Positions 9,377 to 19,453 of a stretch of 64,000 nt of DNA are shown piece by piece (the stretch's first letter is position 1; the number at the start of each line of letters is the position of its first letter). Position numbers and translations under genes: made by a program. Origin of the DNA: a virus; the IMG/VR virus record IMGVR_UViG_3300008017_000012; one strand, given 5' to 3'. Below the pieces are notes generated by a model. The model saw only the letters and a program-made list of their open reading frames with translations. It did not search any database and was not told where the DNA came from.

Positions 9377-9414
9377 ATAAAGGTTCTTAATTAAAAAATA
9401 CTAAGAACCTTTAT
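9377..9414 (+). terminator. Intrinsic terminator
   Basis: ATAAAGGTTCTTA / TAAGAACCTTTAT inverted repeat plus T run. Confidence 0.7.
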
Positions 9415-9482
9415 TTTTAAGTAAAAGATTTATTAAAAAATACTAAATAAAAATAAACAACATTTATTAAAGGAGAAAAACA

Positions 9483-9767
9483 ATGAGTACATTTGAAAAA
9501 TATCTTAAAGAAGCAAAAATGACTAAATCTGTTTTAAACAGAGCATTAATGGCAGTTGATGACACACAAGATCCAAATGCTTTAAAACATGAAGTTACAA
9601 ATTTTTATTCTGACCTCACAACTAAAACAGCTGAATTAAAAAAACTTTTTACCAAAGCTAAAAGTAAACCTAATCTTCCTGAAGTTCAGTTATTTATTGT
9701 AGCTTTTAGAAAACTTGAAGAAATTATTATGGGTAACACCAAAGATGATGTTGAGGAAGAAAATTAA
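9483..9767 (+). CDS. Putative internal head protein (MSTFEKYLKEA tag)
   Basis: AGGAG RBS; tag variant. Confidence 0.6.
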   Translation: MSTFEKYLKEAKMTKSVLNRALMAVDDTQDPNALKHEVTNFYSDLTTKTAELKKLFTKAKSKPNLPEVQLFIVAFRKLEEIIMGNTKDDVEEEN

Positions 9768-9772
9768 GTTTA

Positions 9773-10099
9773 ATGACTTCTAATATTGAAATTAAATTGG
9801 CACTTTGTTACAAAGTACCAAGAACTACTTCTTTTATTAATAAAGATATTTTAATATTTAAAAAAATTAATAGTTCTTTTCAAAAATTAGATAGAACTAA
9901 TAATGATATATATATATTAGAAATTTTTAATTTATTAAAAATATTAGATAATATTTTTGATATGCATAAATTATATTTAATATTATGTGAGTATATAGAT
10001 ATTGATTATCATAATACCTTAGCATTTTTAATAAATGAAATAGAAAAAGATAAAACTGATTATATCATAAAAAAATTAAAAGAATTAGTCAAGGAATAA
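9773..10099 (+). CDS. Hypothetical protein
   Basis: ORF within the late cluster. Confidence 0.55.
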   Translation: MTSNIEIKLALCYKVPRTTSFINKDILIFKKINSSFQKLDRTNNDIYILEIFNLLKILDNIFDMHKLYLILCEYIDIDYHNTLAFLINEIEKDKTDYIIKKLKELVKE

Positions 10100-10102
10100 T
10101 AA

Positions 10103-10606
10103 ATGGCCTCTTATATTCTTTCAGAAAACATGGTGTCAACAGTAGCATTATATATGATTTTAAAAAAATTAATGCTGCCATTTAATAAATGGGATGCATA
10201 CAAGTTAGGCTTGATTGATAAAGACGGCAAAAAACTTAAAAATGCAGTATCAGCTAAAGAAAAAAAAGCATGGGATTTGTTGACAAAATTTGTTTGGAAT
10301 TTTAAAAAGATTTTAAATAAATTTGTTGGAAGATCGAATTTAGCAACATATATTACAGCAGCATATTTATTAAAAGATTCTCTATCTACCTTTTATATAG
10401 AATATAATAAAGAAATTTTAAATGAAACTTTATTATCTGATTTAACTTATACTAAGCAAAATTCAATTTATGAATTATTGAAAAAAATAAATAGTCCTTC
10501 TGAAAAAATAACAGAAGAAAATTTTGAATATTATTTATTTCTTTTTTCACCTATAATTGAAAAATATTTAGATAATAAAACTCTAATAGTAAAGGATATT
10601 ATATGA
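10103..10606 (+). CDS. Conserved T4-like phage hypothetical protein (PFNKWDAYKLGLIDKDG motif)
   Basis: Motif recognised from T4-like structural regions; function unknown. Confidence 0.65.
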   Translation: MASYILSENMVSTVALYMILKKLMLPFNKWDAYKLGLIDKDGKKLKNAVSAKEKKAWDLLTKFVWNFKKILNKFVGRSNLATYITAAYLLKDSLSTFYIEYNKEILNETLLSDLTYTKQNSIYELLKKINSPSEKITEENFEYYLFLFSPIIEKYLDNKTLIVKDII

Positions 10607-10773
10607 AAATGTTAAAAGAAGATGGAGATGCTGTTGCATCTGCGCCAGGGGTTTCAACAGCTGATTTATCTCAAGCCCCTGGTGATAAAATTGGCCCTGT
10701 TTTAAAACGTAAAAGAAAAAAGAAAAAACTAAATAATATTAAAAAGATGCTATCAAAATTTGAGGAGTTATAA
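10603..10773 (+). CDS. Small basic protein, 56 aa (MKMLKEDGDAVASAPG...KRKRKKKK)
   Basis: Manually translated; AAGGA RBS; not in the ORF track. Confidence 0.6.
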   Translation: MKMLKEDGDAVASAPGVSTADLSQAPGDKIGPVLKRKRKKKKLNNIKKMLSKFEEL

Positions 10774-10980
10774 ATGAAAATAGATGTTAAAAATGACTTA
10801 ATGACTGTTATTGAATTAGAAACAGCTGAAGGCCAATGTGCTTTTTTTGCTGGCAAAGATGATCATCGACATTGGCAAAGAAGTCCTGAAACAATCGAAC
10901 TTTCACAATTCTGTCAAGATAATAGAAAAAGTTCTCAGTTAGTTGTTAAAACTAATGATTGTTACACGAGAATTAAATAA
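10774..10980 (+). CDS. Hypothetical protein
   Basis: GAGGAG RBS. Confidence 0.6.
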   Translation: MKIDVKNDLMTVIELETAEGQCAFFAGKDDHRHWQRSPETIELSQFCQDNRKSSQLVVKTNDCYTRIK

Positions 10981-11016
10981 TCTTTTTATCTCATTCAATT
11001 AAAAAAGGAAATAATT

Positions 11017-11328
11017 ATGGCAAAGTATATCGTAAATGCTCCTGATGGTAAAGAAGTTTCTGTTGCAACTCCTTTTGGTGTCCAAAAATTTCCTCATGGC
11101 TCTTATATGTATGATGACAGATTTCATAGTGTTTATCCAAAATATTTTATCCCTGTTGTTGAAGTTAATACAGAATATATCCCTACTACTAAAGATGAAC
11201 CAGTTATTAAAGATGAACCTAAAAAAGTAATTGATGAAAAACCAGTTATTAAAGATGAAAAACCTAAAAAAGTAATTAATGAAAAATATAAACAAAAAAG
11301 GCAATATATTAGAAAATCTAAACAATAA
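11017..11328 (+). CDS. Hypothetical protein with duplicated PVIKDE(K)PKKVIxEK segment
   Basis: Repeat seen in the translation. Confidence 0.6.
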   Translation: MAKYIVNAPDGKEVSVATPFGVQKFPHGSYMYDDRFHSVYPKYFIPVVEVNTEYIPTTKDEPVIKDEPKKVIDEKPVIKDEKPKKVINEKYKQKRQYIRKSKQ

Positions 11329-11336
11329 GGATATTT

Positions 11337-12104
11337 ATGTCTGTTCCCTATGTAAAATCTATAAATGAATTAAAACAATTTATACTTCGTCATTTAGGGT
11401 CACCAGTTGTTGAAATAGAAATTACTGATGATCAATTAACAGATTGTATAACAGAAACTATTGATGAATATTTACCAGTAGCATATTCTGGTGTTGTAGA
11501 AAGACATATACCTATAACTTTACTACCTGGGTATAATGAATATATTCTTCCTTATTCTGTTTTTGCTGTAACAGGAATTCATTCAGTAGATATGCAGGGA
11601 ATAGGTAATTCTGTACCTTCTAATCTTTTTTCAATTAATAACTTTATTGCAGCAGATTTATATAAACCCGGTACAGCTAAAATTGATCTTATTGGATATG
11701 AAGCAATTAATGAAATGATTTCAACAATGAATCTTATGTTTTCAAGAAAAATTTCTTATGACTTCAATAGTATCTCTAAAGTTCTTCATCTTTTTGCAGA
11801 AAATAATGGTGAAAATATTATCATTCAATGTTTCAAAAAATTAGATATTGAAGGAACACCAGTTTCAGGTGGTAAATATGCTGAAGAAAATATTTATAAT
11901 GAACGTTGGATTAGAGATATGGCTGTTGCTAAATCTCAGCTTCAATGGGGTAAAAATATTTTAAAATATTCTGGGTCTATACTCCCAAATGGTGGTACTT
12001 TAAATGGTGATTTTATATATAATGAAGCAAAAGAAGCTATTGATAAATTAATGGTTAGATTACAAGAAGAATATACCTTACCAATTGATTTTATGACAGG
12101 ATAA
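11337..12104 (+). CDS. 13: Neck protein (T4 gp13-like)
   Basis: LKQFILRHLGSPVVEIEITDDQL...WIRDMAVA...QWGKNILKY...LPNGGTLNG. Confidence 0.9.
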   Translation: MSVPYVKSINELKQFILRHLGSPVVEIEITDDQLTDCITETIDEYLPVAYSGVVERHIPITLLPGYNEYILPYSVFAVTGIHSVDMQGIGNSVPSNLFSINNFIAADLYKPGTAKIDLIGYEAINEMISTMNLMFSRKISYDFNSISKVLHLFAENNGENIIIQCFKKLDIEGTPVSGGKYAEENIYNERWIRDMAVAKSQLQWGKNILKYSGSILPNGGTLNGDFIYNEAKEAIDKLMVRLQEEYTLPIDFMTG

Positions 12105-12118
12105 TTTACTAAAAAATT

Positions 12119-12334
12119 ATGACAACAAATATTTATCCATTACAAGTAACTTTAGATAATATTTTAACAATAAATTCTAATGAAGATTCTATTGTTATTC
12201 CATATCATCAAAATATAATTAGTCATGAAATTATAGAACAAAATTCATTAGAACCATTAATACCAGTTGGTGAAAATACTGAAAAATTTTCACCAACTAT
12301 TATTTTTGGTAATGTAATTATAATTAATTCATAA
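12119..12334 (+). CDS. Hypothetical protein
   Basis: ORF between gp13 and gp14. Confidence 0.5.
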   Translation: MTTNIYPLQVTLDNILTINSNEDSIVIPYHQNIISHEIIEQNSLEPLIPVGENTEKFSPTIIFGNVIIINS

Positions 12335-12347
12335 AAAGGAATTTATT

Positions 12348-13049
12348 TTGACAATATTTGCTAAATATAATGCTTATGGCCCTTCAGGTGCACCTCCTTA
12401 TCTTTTTGCAAAAACTATGGATACTGAAGTTGCTGAAGCTTATCTGTATGATAACATACTGTCAGAATTTATTTATCTTTATGGATCTGATGTTGTTTGG
12501 TTACATAATGAAGTTAATAAAGCTGAACCAATTTTTGGAGAGTATCTAGCAGCTGAAATTGATCGTGGTTACCCTATGAGAATGTTTATTGAAGAAACAG
12601 AAGCTTGGGGTGGTTCTGGTGATATGTTTTCAAAATTTGGGTTACAAGTCACTGATGAATGTACACTTCATATTAATAAAGCTTCATTTTTAAATGCATC
12701 TGCTTCAGCTTATCCAAAACAAGGAGATCTTGTTTATATTAATAAAACCCAAAAATTATTTGAAGTAACCCATATAGAAAATGAAACCTCACCTGGTTTT
12801 TATCTTTTTGGCAATAGAACAGTTTATAGAATTTCCTGTAAACTTTATAGTTATGACCACAAAAAAATTAATCAAAGTGTTTCAGCAGGTATTCCAGAAG
12901 CAATTCAAGCTTTAGATGCTTTAATAGAAGATACTAAAACAAATGATTTAGTTACACTAGAAACAAAAGAAGTTAATAATACAAATGCTGTAATAAACCA
13001 AGAATCTTCTTTTTTACTTGATAACACAGAAAATGACCCTTTAGGATAA
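12348..13049 (+). CDS. 14: Neck protein (T4 gp14-like)
   Basis: GGSGDMFSKFGLQVTDE...PKQGDLVY...LFEVTHIE...FY; synteny. Confidence 0.88.
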   Translation: MTIFAKYNAYGPSGAPPYLFAKTMDTEVAEAYLYDNILSEFIYLYGSDVVWLHNEVNKAEPIFGEYLAAEIDRGYPMRMFIEETEAWGGSGDMFSKFGLQVTDECTLHINKASFLNASASAYPKQGDLVYINKTQKLFEVTHIENETSPGFYLFGNRTVYRISCKLYSYDHKKINQSVSAGIPEAIQALDALIEDTKTNDLVTLETKEVNNTNAVINQESSFLLDNTENDPLG

Positions 13050-13095
13050 TATAAATAATGATAATTATAGAAATTAATTTTTTAAAGATGATTAT

Positions 13096-14340
13096 ATGAG
13101 TGTTGATAATTTTATAACTAAATCTATATTAACAGGATTTATGGATTGGTTCACAAAAATTTCTGTTATTAGATATTCCGATGCAATTACCTCGTTAGAT
13201 AACCACGTTTATATTTCAAGAAAAGTAATACCTGTTCCTGTTCAATGGGCTACATACGATAAATGGTTTGCTATATATAATTCTTCATCTGCAAGAAAAA
13301 GTATGGATCCTACATTTAGAGCTAAAAATCCAGTGGAAATGCAATGGATTTTGCCAAGAATTTCAGTATATATGAATGGTGTTATGTATGATAATACAAG
13401 GAAATTAATTAAAACACAAAAAGTTCCTAACTTTCCTAATGATTCAAATACTCAAAGAACAAGACAATATACACCTGCGCCATTTAATTTTGATGTAGAT
13501 GTAGCTGTTATAACAAAAACATTAGATGATAGTTTTCAAATAATGGAACAAATAATTCCATTTTTTAGTCCGGATTTATCAATTAATGTTAAAACAGTTC
13601 CCGGTATGGAATCTGAATCTATTCCAATAGTTTTAAATGGGGTTATACCTGATATTCCTACTGATATTTCTGAAGAGGAAGAAAGATTTTTTACTTTCAC
13701 TTATGGTTTTACAATCAAAGCAAATTTATATCCAAAGAAAAAATATTCTAATACTAAACAAATACTTATTAATGGAATTTCAGGAACAAATGAAGTTATA
13801 ATAGATGGAAATGCAGAAATATTAGGAGTAACACCTGGTACATTAATTTCTGGGACAAATATTCCACCAGAAACAATAGTTCTTTCTGTTAATGATCCTT
13901 CAACATTAGTATTATCTCAAATTATAACAAATGATATAATTGATGGTATAGCAAATATTAGTGGTGGTAATATAATTTCATCTATTGATATTAATGAATG
14001 TAATTTTGATGCTATTTCAAATATTATTACTGTGCCTGTTAGTGCTTCTGATAAATTAATTCCTGGAATGTATGTTTTTGGCCCTGGTATTGGTTTAAAT
14101 ACATATATAGAAAGTATAAATAACAACACAATTACTATCACAAGTCATACTGTTTCTGCTGGTGTAAATGTAAAATTATATTTTGGTTCTAATTCTACTA
14201 TAAATCATGTGACTAGTAATTTATATATGGGTAAAGATTATATACAAATAGATCAAGAATGGATAGAGTATTTACAAAAAATAGATGAAAAATTTAATGA
14301 ATATGAAGCTAATGCAAATACACCTAATCCATTTCTTTAA
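13096..14340 (+). CDS. 15: Tail sheath stabiliser/terminator (T4 gp15-like) with extra C-terminal beta-rich repeats
   Basis: LPRISV...APFNF...QIMEQIIPFFSPD gp15 motifs; late promoter at 13050-13057. Confidence 0.85.
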   Translation: MSVDNFITKSILTGFMDWFTKISVIRYSDAITSLDNHVYISRKVIPVPVQWATYDKWFAIYNSSSARKSMDPTFRAKNPVEMQWILPRISVYMNGVMYDNTRKLIKTQKVPNFPNDSNTQRTRQYTPAPFNFDVDVAVITKTLDDSFQIMEQIIPFFSPDLSINVKTVPGMESESIPIVLNGVIPDIPTDISEEEERFFTFTYGFTIKANLYPKKKYSNTKQILINGISGTNEVIIDGNAEILGVTPGTLISGTNIPPETIVLSVNDPSTLVLSQIITNDIIDGIANISGGNIISSIDINECNFDAISNIITVPVSASDKLIPGMYVFGPGIGLNTYIESINNNTITITSHTVSAGVNVKLYFGSNSTINHVTSNLYMGKDYIQIDQEWIEYLQKIDEKFNEYEANANTPNPFL

Positions 14341-14349
14341 GGTCATTTA

Positions 14350-14874
14350 ATGAATAAAAAATTAGATAGGTTAGAAAAAAAATTTAGTATAGCAACAGAA
14401 TTAGTTGATTCATTATATGAAGAGTTTGAAGAAATAGATAATGCACCTGTTGAAATTACTGTGACAGAAGAAAATGAAGAAGTTTTTAATATATCAGGAT
14501 TAAAATCTGATTTCTTATTAGTCAGAAATAATATAATGAAATTAGTAAATTCAGGACAGAGAGTATTAGATACGGCTTCTTTAATAGATGTTTCTGATTT
14601 AACAGCTTCACAACTTAAATCATTAGCTGAAATGCAAACTGCTATTGGTGGAAATTTAAAACTTTTAATTTCTATTTATAAGGAAATTGCTGAAGTTGAA
14701 AAAATGAGACTAAAAGATAAAAATATTAAAGAAATACCACAAAATATTATTAATGGTACTGTAAATAATAATCAAATTATGTTTTCTGGTTCAAGTTCTG
14801 AATTATTAAATATAATTAAAGATAATCAAAATATAAATACTAAAGAAAATACAATTTTAATTGAAAAGGATTAA
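14350..14874 (+). CDS. 16: Terminase small subunit (T4 gp16-like)
   Basis: DFLLVRNNIMKLV...NNNQIMFSGSSSELL; position after gp15. Confidence 0.75.
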   Translation: MNKKLDRLEKKFSIATELVDSLYEEFEEIDNAPVEITVTEENEEVFNISGLKSDFLLVRNNIMKLVNSGQRVLDTASLIDVSDLTASQLKSLAEMQTAIGGNLKLLISIYKEIAEVEKMRLKDKNIKEIPQNIINGTVNNNQIMFSGSSSELLNIIKDNQNINTKENTILIEKD

Positions 14875-14876
14875 AA

Positions 14877-16226
14877 ATGAAAATAAAAGACGAAATTTTA
14901 GCAGAAAGTATGCATCAAAATTTTCTAAAAGAATCTGGAACATCTGAAGATATTGGAAAATATGCTCCTCTAATTCTTCCTCTTGTTCAAAAAATTTATC
15001 CTGAATCTCTTGTAAATCAAATTGCATCAGTACAACCAATTAAATCCCCAATTGGAAAAGTTGCTGCATTATATTCAATTTATACAGGGTCAGGGTCTAA
15101 TAACGATAATAATATTCATTTAGAAAATTCTAGAATTTTTACTGTTCCAGCATCAGCTGATGCTTCATTTACAATTGGATCAACTGGTGCTTCAGGGGGA
15201 AATAGTTTTACTGTTTTCTATAAAGAAAATGCAAAAGAATATACAGCTACTTATGCTCCTTCAGGTGGTAACTATTTGACTCGTGATTTTCCAGAGAAAT
15301 ATACTCATGTTCTTGTGAGAATTGATTCTGGTAATTTTGTAACTGGTGATACAATTGTTTCAGGTGATGGAGCAGGGGAAACTCTCCTTTATGTTTCTGC
15401 TAATAGAAATGTTATTAAAAGGGTATTCCATGATTACGCTCTTGTGTTAGAAAATAATTCCAATTTAAAAGAAATTAATTTTGAAATTAGAACTGCTACA
15501 CTTGAAACAAAATCAAGAAAAATTAAATCAAAATTTACATTAGAAAAATTACAAGAATTAAAATCTCTATATAATGAAAAAGCTGAAAAATTTGTTAGTG
15601 AATATATTGCTAATGAAATTCAACAAGAAATTGATCGTGAAGTTATTGATTATCTAAAAGATATAGCAACTCCTATGTACAATGATGTTAATCTAACTTA
15701 TTCTCAATCAACTGTTGGTGATAATTTACTCGGGCAAACTTATGATATTTATGTAAGTATTTTTATGGCAATTGAAGAAATTGTTAGAGCAACAAAAAGA
15801 AATAGAACAATGTTTATTCTTGCTGATAATGCTACCTGTTCTATGTTATTATTAAATCCATTACAATCAGAATCTCATCCTGATGAATCAAACCCTTATC
15901 GTGTTGGATCTGTTGGTGTATATCCACTGTATTGTGACCCTTACGCAACAGAACATTATGTTCTAGTTGGTTATCGCTTTGAATCTAAAGCATCAGATGA
16001 TGCAGGATTGATTTTTTCACCATATACTTCAAGCATCATTGAAGCTGTAAACCCTGATACTTTCGGTAAAGATTTTATGTCTCTTAATAGATATGGTTAT
16101 ATTAGGCATCCTCAAGATCAAGGTAAAGGATCTGGGGATAGTGATTTCTTTAGATATTTCTCTGTAATTTATGGTACTGATGGCGCTTTAAGAAACTTAA
16201 CTGATCAAATTAGAAAAAATTATTAA
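14877..16226 (+). CDS. Major-capsid-fold paralogue (gp23/gp24-like, probable vertex protein)
   Basis: LPLVQKIYPESLVNQIASVQPIKSP...SRKIKSKFTLEKLQEL...EIQQEIDREVI...LIFSPY...NRYG gp23-family motifs. Confidence 0.75.
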   Translation: MKIKDEILAESMHQNFLKESGTSEDIGKYAPLILPLVQKIYPESLVNQIASVQPIKSPIGKVAALYSIYTGSGSNNDNNIHLENSRIFTVPASADASFTIGSTGASGGNSFTVFYKENAKEYTATYAPSGGNYLTRDFPEKYTHVLVRIDSGNFVTGDTIVSGDGAGETLLYVSANRNVIKRVFHDYALVLENNSNLKEINFEIRTATLETKSRKIKSKFTLEKLQELKSLYNEKAEKFVSEYIANEIQQEIDREVIDYLKDIATPMYNDVNLTYSQSTVGDNLLGQTYDIYVSIFMAIEEIVRATKRNRTMFILADNATCSMLLLNPLQSESHPDESNPYRVGSVGVYPLYCDPYATEHYVLVGYRFESKASDDAGLIFSPYTSSIIEAVNPDTFGKDFMSLNRYGYIRHPQDQGKGSGDSDFFRYFSVIYGTDGALRNLTDQIRKNY

Positions 16227-16244
16227 TAGAGGAGATAATTTAAA

Positions 16245-16457
16245 ATGAGTAATATCAAAAAAATATTAGATGAACTTTGTGAAGCAAAAGAAATGATTAG
16301 ATTTTATACCGACGGTAAATATATGGGTGCAAAAAAATTAACTTCTTATAGAGAGCAGGCTTTAGAATTAAAATCTTGGATAAGATCTGGTAATTATATT
16401 AAAATTGGTAATAAACTTATTAATGATATAGATGAAATTAAAAATATTTATAATTAA
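16245..16457 (+). CDS. Hypothetical protein
   Basis: GAGGAG RBS. Confidence 0.6.
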   Translation: MSNIKKILDELCEAKEMIRFYTDGKYMGAKKLTSYREQALELKSWIRSGNYIKIGNKLINDIDEIKNIYN

Positions 16458-16542
16458 TTTTCATTTAAAAAATATTATAATTTAATTAAGAACTCTTATG
16501 ACTATAAATAGTTATAAGAGTTTTTTAATTAAGGAAATAAAT

Positions 16543-19353
16543 ATGTTAGAAGATTTAACAACAGATATAAATGGAAAAGAATTAGCTTTTAAAGGTGATT
16601 CCTCATTAAAACAATGTGGTGCAAAATTAGCATTTACAAAAGAACATACAGAAGAATTTCTAAAATGTTCTAGTGATTGGAAATATTTTATAGAAAAGTA
16701 TCATCATATTATCTCTCTTGATGATGGAATCACTAAAATAAAATTAAGACCATATCAATTAAAACTTATTGAAAATTATATAAGCCATAGATTTAATATA
16801 GTATTAGCTTCAAGACAATGTGGTAAAACAGAGTCTTATGTAGGCTTCATTCTGCATTATATATTATTTAATGAAAATAAATCCGTTGCAATTCTAGCAA
16901 ACAAATTAAAAACAACAAAAGGAATTTTACAAAAAGTCAAACAAAGTTATTCTCTATTACCTAAATTTATTCAACAAGGGGTAAAAACATGGAATAAAAC
17001 AGAAATTGTATTAGAAAATGGATGCAGTGTTTTTGCATCAGCCACCACTGGTTCATCTATTCGTTCTGGTAGTGCAAATATTGTAATAATTGACGAATGT
17101 GCATTTATACAGTCTAATACTTGGACAGATTTTTATGAATCTACCTATCCTACAATTTCATCATCAAAAGAATCAAAAGTAATAATGGTGTCATGTGTTA
17201 TTAAAGATACTTTTGTTTTTAGTGATAAAGGTTTAACTCAGATAAAAAATTTAATTAACCCAAACAAAAATAAAGGTTATGAGGTAGAAAAATATGTTAT
17301 AAGAGGTAAAGATAAATTAAGAACTGGTAATATTATGTATAATAATGGTTTAGCTAAAACTAAAATATTAAATACAAGTTTTGGTGAATTAGAATGTTCT
17401 TTATCTCATAAATTATGGTCTTGTGTTAATGGTATATATGGATGGCATAAAGCTGATGAGATAAAAGTAAATGATTTTATTTCTTTAGAATATAATATGA
17501 ATATTTTTGGTAATAATGATGTTATAAATTTTAATCCTCTCATATCTTCTAATAGAATTAAAAATACATTTAAATGTGAAAAAATAGATAAAGATATTGC
17601 TTATTTCTTAGGATTATTTATTTCTAAAGGATATTGTGAAAAAATATTTGCTAAAAATGGAAAATTAAAAGATTCTAAAATTGTTATAACTTCTGAGGAT
17701 TCTCTTGAAACAATTTTAAATAAATTAAATTTAACATTTTCATGTAGAGATGAAATTCATTATATTATTAATTCTACTCAATTAATGTTATTTTTTGAAT
17801 TTTTAGGATTTGATTTTAATAAAAAAGAAAATGAAAAATTAATCCCTGATAGATTATTACAAATGAGTAAAGAAAATATAATAGCTTTGTTACAAGGAAT
17901 ATTTGATGGTAATGGAGATTCTAAAATTGTCAATGGAACAGTAAGTTATACATCAGAATCAAAAACATTAGTTTATCAAGTCAAAATGTTATTATTAAAT
18001 TTAGGATTATTAACAGATATTAAAAAAAATATAACACTATCAAATGATAAAGTTCATTCAACTGATTATATTGCAAGCATGAATACATATTATTCAAAAA
18101 TTTATTATGATTTAATTGGATTTAGAATTGAAAGAAAACAAATTAAAAGAGATAATTTAAAAAAATCTAATGGATCTAAAGATTTATTTGATTTAATTCC
18201 TTATGCAAAAAAAATATTAAAATTAAAAAACCCTAAAGAAAACATAAAGTGGTTTAGTGTTAATGAAATTTCATATTCAGAAAATGAAGTTTATGATTTT
18301 TCATTACCAGATGATGATAAAGATGAATGGTGTCATTCTGTCTTATATAATGGTTATATAGGTCATCAAACACCAAATGGGATGAATCATTTCTATAAAT
18401 TTTGGGAAGATTCTATTAATAAAAAAAATGTTTATAAAAATACTAGAGTTGATTGGTGGGAAGTTCCTGGTAGAGATGAAAAATGGAAAGAAGAAACAAT
18501 AGCAAATACTTCAGTTGTTTCTTTTGCTCAAGAATTTGGTAATGATTTTTGTGGTAGTGTAGCAACACTTATTGATCCTTTAAAATTAAAAGAAGTTAAA
18601 TTTTCACCTTCATTAGAAGTTTCAAATATTCATAATAGAATATCAGAAGAATATCATCGTTTTATAAAAATTTATAAAGAACCAATTAAAGGGCATATTT
18701 ATTCAATAGGAGTAGATTCATGTAAAATGACAGAAGAAAATTCAGGTGATGCGCTTGGTATGCAAGTCATAGATATAACAAAATTTCCTTATGAACAAGT
18801 AGCAACGTTTTTTGCAAAAGAAGGGTTCAATTATTTATTTGCACCAGAAATTGCAGTATCATTAGGTAATTATTATAATAGTGCATATATGTTTGTTGAA
18901 AATAATGAAGTAGGTCAAGAAGTAGCTAATGCAATTCATTTTGATTATGAATATGAAAACATATATTTTGAAAAAGGTAATACAGCTGGTTATAGAACTA
19001 CAAAAAGAACAAAAAGATTAGGTTGTACTAATTTAAAATTATTAATAGAAAAAAATAAAATTATTTTAAATGATTTTGATACAATTTCTCAATTATCAAC
19101 TTTTATAAAAGTAAAAAATTCTTTTAAAGCAGAAAATAGTTATCAAGATGATTTAGTCATGGCATTAATCTCAGCAATATTTTTTATGATAAATAAAGAT
19201 TTAGATATAGGTGAATTAGAAGATACACAAACAATGTTATCTATTTTAAAAAATGAAAAAGAAGAAATTGAAGAAACCCCTACTTTTGGTGTTTTGCCAA
19301 GTGATGAATATGAAGAACATTCTCAAATTGATATAGATGGGTTCTCTTGGTAA
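16543..19353 (+). CDS. 17: Terminase large subunit (T4 gp17-like) containing an intein
   Basis: SRQCGKT Walker A, IIDECAF Walker B, STPNG split by the intein, DDLVMAL nuclease motif; start moved to the RBS-supported ATG 16543. Confidence 0.93.
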   Translation: MLEDLTTDINGKELAFKGDSSLKQCGAKLAFTKEHTEEFLKCSSDWKYFIEKYHHIISLDDGITKIKLRPYQLKLIENYISHRFNIVLASRQCGKTESYVGFILHYILFNENKSVAILANKLKTTKGILQKVKQSYSLLPKFIQQGVKTWNKTEIVLENGCSVFASATTGSSIRSGSANIVIIDECAFIQSNTWTDFYESTYPTISSSKESKVIMVSCVIKDTFVFSDKGLTQIKNLINPNKNKGYEVEKYVIRGKDKLRTGNIMYNNGLAKTKILNTSFGELECSLSHKLWSCVNGIYGWHKADEIKVNDFISLEYNMNIFGNNDVINFNPLISSNRIKNTFKCEKIDKDIAYFLGLFISKGYCEKIFAKNGKLKDSKIVITSEDSLETILNKLNLTFSCRDEIHYIINSTQLMLFFEFLGFDFNKKENEKLIPDRLLQMSKENIIALLQGIFDGNGDSKIVNGTVSYTSESKTLVYQVKMLLLNLGLLTDIKKNITLSNDKVHSTDYIASMNTYYSKIYYDLIGFRIERKQIKRDNLKKSNGSKDLFDLIPYAKKILKLKNPKENIKWFSVNEISYSENEVYDFSLPDDDKDEWCHSVLYNGYIGHQTPNGMNHFYKFWEDSINKKNVYKNTRVDWWEVPGRDEKWKEETIANTSVVSFAQEFGNDFCGSVATLIDPLKLKEVKFSPSLEVSNIHNRISEEYHRFIKIYKEPIKGHIYSIGVDSCKMTEENSGDALGMQVIDITKFPYEQVATFFAKEGFNYLFAPEIAVSLGNYYNSAYMFVENNEVGQEVANAIHFDYEYENIYFEKGNTAGYRTTKRTKRLGCTNLKLLIEKNKIILNDFDTISQLSTFIKVKNSFKAENSYQDDLVMALISAIFFMINKDLDIGELEDTQTMLSILKNEKEEIEETPTFGVLPSDEYEEHSQIDIDGFSW
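17194..18369 (+). mobile_element. Intein (392 aa) in gp17, Cys start, His-Gln end, +1 Thr, degenerate LAGLIDADG domain
   Basis: MVS|CVIKDTFV...YNGYIGHQ|TPNG; blocks YFLGLFISKG and LLQGIFDGNG. Confidence 0.9.
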
Positions 19354-19453
19354 TTTTTTAAATTTACTATTTATATAAATAAAAATGTAGCAAAAAAATA
19401 CTAAATAATAACAATGAAAATAATTTTAAACAAACAATTAAAGGAGTTTAATT

